A stretch of DNA of 30,620 nt. It comes from a virus (Duplodnaviria; Caudoviricetes). The position numbers and the translations under genes were made by a program. The notes under the pieces are model-generated. The model was not told the origin of the DNA. It worked only from the letters and a program-made list of their open reading frames with translations, and did no database searches. Shown here one piece after another: positions 25,280 to 30,620 of this stretch (the first letter of the stretch is position 1; each line of letters opens with the position of its first letter). The stretch is from positions 1-30,620 of IMG/VR virus record IMGVR_UViG_3300031802_000008; one strand, 5' to 3'.

Positions 25280-25507
25280 TTACCCCAAAATCAACCGTTC
25301 CCAGTACCCCGGCTCCCGCTCCAACGACCGCATATCCGCCCTCTTTGGTGACCGTAGCAACTCCAACCACTTCGCCACCAGCCCCAACACAGCCACCGCC
25401 ACCGGGACCCACCAGCCTTCCAACACAACCACACCCGTTGTCAGCGACTCAATCAACGCATACGCCCCCGCGATCAAAACCGTTTGTAGCACACCTGGAA
25501 CTCTCAT
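25280..25507 (-). CDS. Small 2-TM membrane protein (holin-like)
   Basis: Two hydrophobic stretches and a charged C-terminus; ATGA overlap with the upstream ORF. Confidence 0.65.
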   Translation of the reverse strand: MRVPGVLQTVLIAGAYALIESLTTGVVVLEGWWVPVAVAVLGLVAKWLELLRSPKRADMRSLEREPGYWERLILG

Positions 25508-25710
25508 TCTACCGCCGCCTTTCCCAACTTCTTCCGCAAATCCGCCATATCACCCCCGGCCACCGTCACAGCCTCGCCATAACTCAACCGTACCATCGCA
25601 TCACCCACCGGCACACAATTCTTGCGCAGGGTTGTCTTTTGTACCACATCCAAACTTCCGTCCACCACCTGACAAATATAGGCCACCGTTGCACCTCCCG
25701 CAATCGCCAC
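25504..25710 (-). CDS. Hypothetical protein
   Basis: GGGAGGG SD; stop overlaps the next start. Confidence 0.55.
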   Translation of the reverse strand: MAIAGGATVAYICQVVDGSLDVVQKTTLRKNCVPVGDAMVRLSYGEAVTVAGGDMADLRKKLGKAAVE

Positions 25711-25742
25711 ATTTCCCTCCCGGTCAATACCGCTTTAAATTC

Positions 25743-25781
25743 AAAGATCGCCAACCTTTTGTGGGCAGTTTGGCGATCTTT
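25743..25781. terminator. 12-bp hairpin, possible attenuator early in the late operon
   Basis: aaagatcgccaa 25743-25754 / ttggcgatcttt 25770-25781. Confidence 0.45.
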
Positions 25782-25865
25782 ACAATAAAACGTATTCAAC
25801 TGTCCACCCGAGTTCCGGAATTTGAAAGAGAAGGACAATACCCCAGGAGAATTGAGGGTACTGTC

Positions 25866-26072
25866 CTACTCTTTCAAATTCCCGAACGGACGATTTGTCA
25901 TTCCGTCTATAGGTTGCACTATTTCCTTGAACTTGAGCACCTCTACCCTAATATCCCCAGGACGGCCACCGTGTAAAGTCAACCTCCAATCGTCGCCTGT
26001 TGTTAGCAAAGCGGGCAACTCATTTTGTAGAAACCGTACAACCGCTGCAATTGCTTGGTCGTGCATAGTCAT
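25866..26072 (-). CDS. Small hypothetical protein, first gene of the leftward unit
   Basis: GAGG SD before ATG 26072. Confidence 0.55.
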   Translation of the reverse strand: MTMHDQAIAAVVRFLQNELPALLTTGDDWRLTLHGGRPGDIRVEVLKFKEIVQPIDGMTNRPFGNLKE

Positions 26073-26138
26073 AACCTCGAATTCAACCGCATATCCCACT
26101 AGCACCAGCCTACCACACGCTGTCAACCCCCTTAGTCA

Positions 26139-26170
26139 GTCACCACTTGGTCACCACTTGGTCACCACTT
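26139..26170. repeat. 11-bp tandem repeat (gtcaccacttg) x3
   Basis: Copies at 26139, 26150, 26161 (the last lacks the final g). Confidence 0.9.
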
Positions 26171-26244
26171 CAACGCGGGTTATGTTTGATGGGTATTCTT
26201 TCGCAGGTGCATCCCCCCCCCTCCCGCAACAGGCAATTTTCCTA

Positions 26245-26324
26245 ACCCTCATCGTACCCGCTCCCGTTGGATAGAATCACCGCCCCCGATCATTCTATCC
26301 AACGGGAGCGGGTACGATGAGGGT
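26245..26324. repeat. Perfect 33-bp inverted repeat with 14-nt spacer
   Basis: 26245-26277 is the exact reverse complement of 26292-26324. Confidence 0.95.
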
Positions 26325-26420
26325 CGCTGGGGAGGGAGAACATCATAAGTGTAGCACACGCCCCCCCGGAGAATCAACAAAAGAGTTTCCTTGGACCCCC
26401 CACAGGAACACTTTCCCAGC

Positions 26421-26489
26421 TAGCATAATGTGGCATAATGTAGCATAATGTAGCAATACGTTGACAAATGTAGCCAAACTGAGTATAAT
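26421..26489 (+). promoter_or_regulatory. Consensus sigma70/sigmaA promoter with upstream 10-bp operator-like repeats
   Basis: TTGACA 26461-26466, 17 bp, TATAAT 26484-26489; tagcataatg/tggcataatg/tagcataatg/tagcaatacg at 26421-26460. Confidence 0.88.
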
Positions 26490-26539
26490 GGTTTCGTGCC
26501 TGCAAATTTTGATCCAAGAAACACACTGGAGCTTACACA

Positions 26540-26746
26540 ATGGACACCGATTTGGAACTAAATGAACCCAATACAACCTCGAGTATCTGGGTCCGACTGG
26601 ACGAGAATGACTATGACGCGCTCCGGCACATAGTCAAAAACCTGCCCGGCAGCCGTGCAGCTCACGGCCGTCAAGCTATCAAAGAATACCTCGAACGTAT
26701 GATCCCCAAAATTTCCGACCCATGGATTAGAAAGGAGACCCGCTAG
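26540..26746 (+). CDS. Ribbon-helix-helix (CopG/Arc-like) regulator
   Basis: SIWVRLDENDYDALRHIV...SRAAHGRQAIKEYLER; GGAG SD; first gene after the promoter. Confidence 0.75.
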   Translation: MDTDLELNEPNTTSSIWVRLDENDYDALRHIVKNLPGSRAAHGRQAIKEYLERMIPKISDPWIRKETR

Positions 26747-27006
26747 TGGCTTTCGGTATCACCCTTCTCCTACTCCTTTCCTTTTTCGCCCTGACCCGCC
26801 ACACCGAGAACATCATTGACCAACGAGACCACACCATCCGTCAGCTACAGGACACAATCCGCCAGCACCGCGAAAATGAAGACCAGAACGACACGGTTAC
26901 CTGGCAACAATCCAACACCATCGCCCGCCTCCACCAACAGCTACGCACACAGCACGGAGATCGCTATATACGCCTAACAAACACGAAGGGAGTGCCGTCA
27001 CACTAA
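26746..27006 (+). CDS. Small membrane-anchored coiled-coil protein
   Basis: AAGGAG SD; FGITLLLLLSFFAL. Confidence 0.7.
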   Translation: MAFGITLLLLLSFFALTRHTENIIDQRDHTIRQLQDTIRQHRENEDQNDTVTWQQSNTIARLHQQLRTQHGDRYIRLTNTKGVPSH

Positions 27007-27052
27007 CTCCGCTCATCCGACCCGACACCCACCCCCCACTGGAGCCACCCGA

Positions 27053-28153
27053 ATGGGAAACGAAATCGAAATCCTACCACCTGAAATCGATATCCGATCG
27101 ATGACCTGGCAAGTTGCCACGATCGATCCGGACTTTCTGGTTTTCGCCTGGGCCAAAGCGAAGGCCTCCTGGCTAGCCGACAAGTTCCGCGGGAGCAAAA
27201 GCATGCACACGATCGCCGCCTACGAACGCGACTGGTCAGAGTTTTTCAGTTTCTTTGGAAACGGTGACCCCCACGCCGTACAGGGGCACGACGCCCAATT
27301 CTGGCAAGAACACCTTGAGGCGAAAGGGTTAACCGAAACAACCATCAACCGCAAGCTCTCCTCGCTCAGTAGCTTTTACAGCTACGTACTAACAGACTTT
27401 ATCATTCGCGACGACCGTGGAATAGAACGAACACTCTTTTGTGACCCCGACGGTAACCCGCGCTTCAACCCGTTTAAGCGGCCAAAGCGCTACACCGTTA
27501 GCTCCTACGGAAAAAGTAACCCCCTGGGGATAAACACGATCCGATCTGCTATGGAGAAAATCGACAAACAGACCGCCATTGGCGCCCGAGACTACGCCCT
27601 GATCATTACCTACATCCTCACAGGCCGCCGAAGCGTAGAAATTGCGGACTTGCGCTGGAAAGATATTCAGCCCGAAAGGGCGTCCAACATTCCCGGCCTA
27701 TTCAAATACAGCTACCGCGGGAAAGGAAACAAACAGCGCGACAAGACCCTTGCCCCTGCCGCCTACAATTCGATCATCCACTTTCTCAAAATCACCGAGC
27801 GCCTTGAAACCGTCCAGCCCGACGACTTCATATTTCGGCCCATCTATCCCACAATGGGACGTCCAGCCGACGCCCCAGCCGTAGACGCCAATCACCCAAT
27901 TCACGGCTCCCAAATCAACCGCATTGTCAAACGTCGTTTTGTCGCGGTTGGCGTAAAGCCCGAAGACGTACACACTCACACCCTGCGCCACACCTTCGCC
28001 GCCCTCCTCTACAAAGACGGCGAAGGTGATATTTTAAAAATCTCCAATCTACTCGATCATGAAAACATAAATACCACCAAAATATACTTGGACACCATGC
28101 ACCGCCCCATAGACACCAGCTGGATCGAAATCCAACAGGACCTAGGTCTATAG
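27053..28153 (+). CDS. Tyrosine recombinase (integrase / XerCD-like)
   Basis: SAM-like N-domain (TINRKLSSLSSFY); RDYAL..LTGRRSVEI; GKGNK; HTLRHTFA; LLDH..INTTKIY. Confidence 0.95.
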   Translation: MGNEIEILPPEIDIRSMTWQVATIDPDFLVFAWAKAKASWLADKFRGSKSMHTIAAYERDWSEFFSFFGNGDPHAVQGHDAQFWQEHLEAKGLTETTINRKLSSLSSFYSYVLTDFIIRDDRGIERTLFCDPDGNPRFNPFKRPKRYTVSSYGKSNPLGINTIRSAMEKIDKQTAIGARDYALIITYILTGRRSVEIADLRWKDIQPERASNIPGLFKYSYRGKGNKQRDKTLAPAAYNSIIHFLKITERLETVQPDDFIFRPIYPTMGRPADAPAVDANHPIHGSQINRIVKRRFVAVGVKPEDVHTHTLRHTFAALLYKDGEGDILKISNLLDHENINTTKIYLDTMHRPIDTSWIEIQQDLGL

Positions 28154-28271
28154 CCCATTCTCCAGATTCTCGGGTCCATTTGCCGCACCCACACCAAACG
28201 GACCCGAGAAATAACTACTGTCCATAATAAACAGTTATCGATACTGCAAACCAACAGACCGGATTAGACGT

Positions 28272-29102
28272 ATGGGCCAACTAGCCACCAAACGAAATCT
28301 ACCCATATTCGTTCATAGCGAACTCGACGACCTCGGCCTTACCTCGAAAGCCTTCCGCGTCTACGGCCACCTGGCGCGTCGCGCTGGCAAACACGGAGCG
28401 TTCCCTTCCTACCTAAGCATAGGCAAGGCTTGCTTTGGCCCCGACTACCCCGAAGCAAAGCCCGCCACCTGGAAACGCCTCGCAATCACGGCCGTCGCGG
28501 AACTCGTCACCGCTGGCTTGATCCGCAAAGAAAATCGCAGAGACCCCAGCGGCAGCCATACGACGAACATATATTTCCTCACACAACGCGAACAATGGCC
28601 GGGTAGTGATAATGCACCAGCGGGTGATAATGCACCAGCGGGTGATAATGCACCAGCGGGTGATAATGCACCAGGGGGTAGTGATAACGCACCAGCGGGT
28701 GATAATGCACCCAAAAGTACTCCAATAGAAAGTACTACATTATTAGAAAGTAGTCCGCCGGACCGCAGAACAGACCCCGAATATGGCGCTATCTGCAAAG
28801 CCTATGAAAATGAAATCGGGCTCCTCACAGAGTTGATCAGCGATGACCTAAAAGCCCTGGTCAACGACTTCCCGGCCCAATGGATAGTAGACGCCATCCA
28901 AGAAAGCGCCCGCGCAAACGTCCGCAAACTCAACTACGCCAAATCAATCCTCAACCGCTGGAAAAACGAAGGAAGAAACGCCAATGGCAAACCGACCACG
29001 TACAACAGCCGAAATACTGGCGAGCAACAGCGCGACAATGGAAACAATGAGATCGACCCAGAACCCACCAACGCCTACAACAAACTTTTTGGATTCGTCT
29101 AG
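28272..29102 (+). CDS. Phage replication initiator (N-terminal HTH, C-terminal DnaD-like domain)
   Basis: FRVYGHLARRAG...FPSY; YENEIG...WIVDAIQES...LNYAKSILNRW; internal iterons. Confidence 0.88.
   Translation: MGQLATKRNLPIFVHSELDDLGLTSKAFRVYGHLARRAGKHGAFPSYLSIGKACFGPDYPEAKPATWKRLAITAVAELVTAGLIRKENRRDPSGSHTTNIYFLTQREQWPGSDNAPAGDNAPAGDNAPAGDNAPGGSDNAPAGDNAPKSTPIESTTLLESSPPDRRTDPEYGAICKAYENEIGLLTELISDDLKALVNDFPAQWIVDAIQESARANVRKLNYAKSILNRWKNEGRNANGKPTTYNSRNTGEQQRDNGNNEIDPEPTNAYNKLFGFV
28606..28752. repeat. Probable replication origin: six 18-bp iterons plus AT-rich aaagta(c/g)t x3
   Basis: gtgataatgcaccagcgg-type units at 28606, 28624, 28642, 28660, 28681, 28699, then an AT-rich tract. Confidence 0.8.
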
Positions 29103-29886
29103 ACCCGACACGGAGTGTAAGACCTGTTGGGACACCGGCTACCACGGCTGGAAAACCCCACACAGCTATCCCCTGGCGCAAGTCCGCTTTTGCGATTGCC
29201 ATAAAGGAGAGTCCACCCGCGCCTACTGGGAGCGCCGCAGTGCGGCCCTTCGCGTCAACACAATAGAGCGGCTTTTTAAATCCGCCTCGATCCCCACCCG
29301 CTTCGCCGATCTCACAGTCGGCACACTGGCCCGCCTCGACGACCCCGCCAAAGCCCAAGCGATTGAGGCGTGCAAAGAGCTGATACAGCACGGAAGCATC
29401 ACCCAGCGCGGCTCCCCCCGCGATAGCTTGCTTCTTTCTGGTCCCTTTGGAGTGGGAAAAACTGGCCTACTCACAGCCGTCCTTGCCCACTTCCTCGAGC
29501 ATGGGCACGCAGGGCTCTGGATTGAATACTATGATCTTGTGTTGGAGATACAACAGGGCTACAGCGACAACACCAGCCACAGTCGCCTTGACGCCGCCCG
29601 TAACGCCGACTGGCTCCTCCTCGACGACGTGGGCGATCTCGAACGCCGCGACGGGAACTCCATCCGCCTCGAAACCGACGACCGCCGAAAAATCCTTTAC
29701 ACGATCCTCAACCACCGCCACAATAACCGCCTACCCACGTTGATCACAACCAACCTGAACCCTGGACAATTATCCCAACAGTTTGGTGAACGTGTGACAC
29801 AGCGTATAATGGAGTCATTTTGCGTGATCGGTATCGCGGGCAAAAATCTTCGGCTCGCTCTCATAGATACAAACCTAGAGACTTGA
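28984..29886 (+). CDS. DnaC/IstB-like AAA+ helicase loader
   Basis: CKTC...CDC Zn site; Walker A GPFGVGKT; Walker B LLLDDVG; PTLITTNL; true start may be 29038. Confidence 0.92.
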   Translation: MANRPRTTAEILASNSATMETMRSTQNPPTPTTNFLDSSRPDTECKTCWDTGYHGWKTPHSYPLAQVRFCDCHKGESTRAYWERRSAALRVNTIERLFKSASIPTRFADLTVGTLARLDDPAKAQAIEACKELIQHGSITQRGSPRDSLLLSGPFGVGKTGLLTAVLAHFLEHGHAGLWIEYYDLVLEIQQGYSDNTSHSRLDAARNADWLLLDDVGDLERRDGNSIRLETDDRRKILYTILNHRHNNRLPTLITTNLNPGQLSQQFGERVTQRIMESFCVIGIAGKNLRLALIDTNLET

Positions 29887-29889
29887 ACA

Positions 29890-30408
29890 ATGCCGCCAAA
29901 ACCCTGCCCTTATTGCCAACATCCTAACCCTAAATATTTCGACAAGCATGTCACGACTTGCCCCAAAAATCCAGTTGTCGTTAGCAAGTTGCGCGCCTGG
30001 GCAGACGAACAACGTACCATAATCGATGGCAAAGAATACTTTGCCCCAAAAAATGTCTACATAAGAACTAGACACGCCGGTCTGCCAGACGCAAAAACCC
30101 TCTATAAAATTTTCGGCAACAAATGGGACAACGTGCGATGTCACATCGCCCCCCACTACCAGTTACACCCGTCCTCGGAGAATGGAAGGGGTACCGCCCG
30201 TATTAGACCCAGGGAAGCCCCCAGACCCGGAATACCATACATCCGCGCCACCGTCCCCAGCATCGCCAAGAGCACGCGCGGATGGGTCGACGCGGAGAAC
30301 CTGGCAGCGCTCGCCGGCCCCGGCTTGCCCTGTATGCCGGCCCGCAAAGTAACCTGGACCGACCGCGCAGGACGCACCTACACCGAAACCCGCTATACAC
30401 TGCGATGA
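29890..30408 (+). CDS. Zn-finger protein with a segment resembling a homing-endonuclease-associated repeat
   Basis: CPYC...H...C; LPDAKTLYKIFGNKWDNV. Confidence 0.65.
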   Translation: MPPKPCPYCQHPNPKYFDKHVTTCPKNPVVVSKLRAWADEQRTIIDGKEYFAPKNVYIRTRHAGLPDAKTLYKIFGNKWDNVRCHIAPHYQLHPSSENGRGTARIRPREAPRPGIPYIRATVPSIAKSTRGWVDAENLAALAGPGLPCMPARKVTWTDRAGRTYTETRYTLR

Positions 30409-30620
30409 GCATGCCAACAATCGCAAGAGGACAGGGCCCAGAACAATCACTTATGACAACTGCCCACGCAACGCTCAGCACAGCCAGAAAAGTAAAGTTT
30501 GATGAATACTACACACAGTACGCTGATATTGAACAAGAGATATCGGTTTACTTGGAATACAACCCCGACACTTTTCGGGATCAAACAGTGCTATTGCCCT
30601 GTGATGACCCGGAATATAGT
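30405..30620 (+). CDS. Adenine methyltransferase, EcoRI family (5' part only, runs off the window)
   Basis: Own translation: ARKVKFDEYYTQYADIEQEISVYLEYNPDTFRDQTVLLPCDDPEYS matches the family's N-terminal signature; start 30405 or 30453. Confidence 0.85.
   Translation, partial: MSMPTIARGQGPEQSLMTTAHATLSTARKVKFDEYYTQYADIEQEISVYLEYNPDTFRDQTVLLPCDDPEYS

Noticed and set aside
25131-25976. 281-aa plus-strand ORF and other Pro/His-rich plus-strand ORFs across the late operon
   Set aside because: Explained by the C-rich plus strand having few stop codons; they overlap coupled minus-strand genes
26097-26126. Minus-strand late promoter at TTGACA (26121-26126)
   Set aside because: No acceptable -10 hexamer at 16-18 bp spacing
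26245-26324. Protelomerase target site
   Set aside because: Such sites are essentially uninterrupted palindromes, whereas this has a 14-nt asymmetric spacer; the recombinase looks like an ordinary Xer/integrase type
28167-28210. att/res site after the recombinase (11-bp inverted repeat)
   Set aside because: The 22-bp spacer does not fit a 6-8 bp tyrosine-recombinase core and no second copy is visible; more likely an RNA hairpin
1-30620. tRNA, rRNA, transposase, or attL/attR with host flank
   Set aside because: None recognisable by eye; the prophage boundaries are not in view

Overview
The whole window looks like a tailed (siphovirus-type) phage or prophage segment, and I recognise no host genes. 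A long minus-strand late operon (about 26072 down to 2726) encodes, in transcription order: small membrane proteins, a deleted ParB-methylase remnant, small and large terminase, portal, a MuF/SPP1-gp7 head protein with an HEXXH peptidase extension and an unannotated Cys/His mini-gene behind it, scaffold, major capsid, a decoration-like protein, head-tail adaptors, a GT4 glycosyltransferase, two HhH paralogs, an HK97-gp10-like protein, a tail terminator, two tail-tube paralogs, a -1 frameshifted tail chaperone, tape measure, a large tail tip protein and a fibre-like protein. A divergent plus-strand early operon starts at a perfect TTGACA-17-TATAAT promoter (26461-26489) and encodes an RHH regulator, a tyrosine recombinase, a DnaD-type replication initiator with internal iterons, a DnaC-like loader, a Zn-finger protein and a truncated EcoRI-family methyltransferase. 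The left end holds an iteron-like array and three plus-strand genes that converge on the late operon. The best leads are: (1) a putative virion-glycosylation system (a neck-module glycosyltransferase plus a shared C-terminal D(A)T(A)PS motif on capsid, tail tube and fibre); (2) a MuF-peptidase with a candidate immunity gene; (3) a gene-less antisense promoter with RNA hairpins between tape measure and tail tip; (4) mosaic duplicated tail tubes; (5) pervasive tandem duplications. All protein calls rest on motif recognition and gene order; no database search was run.
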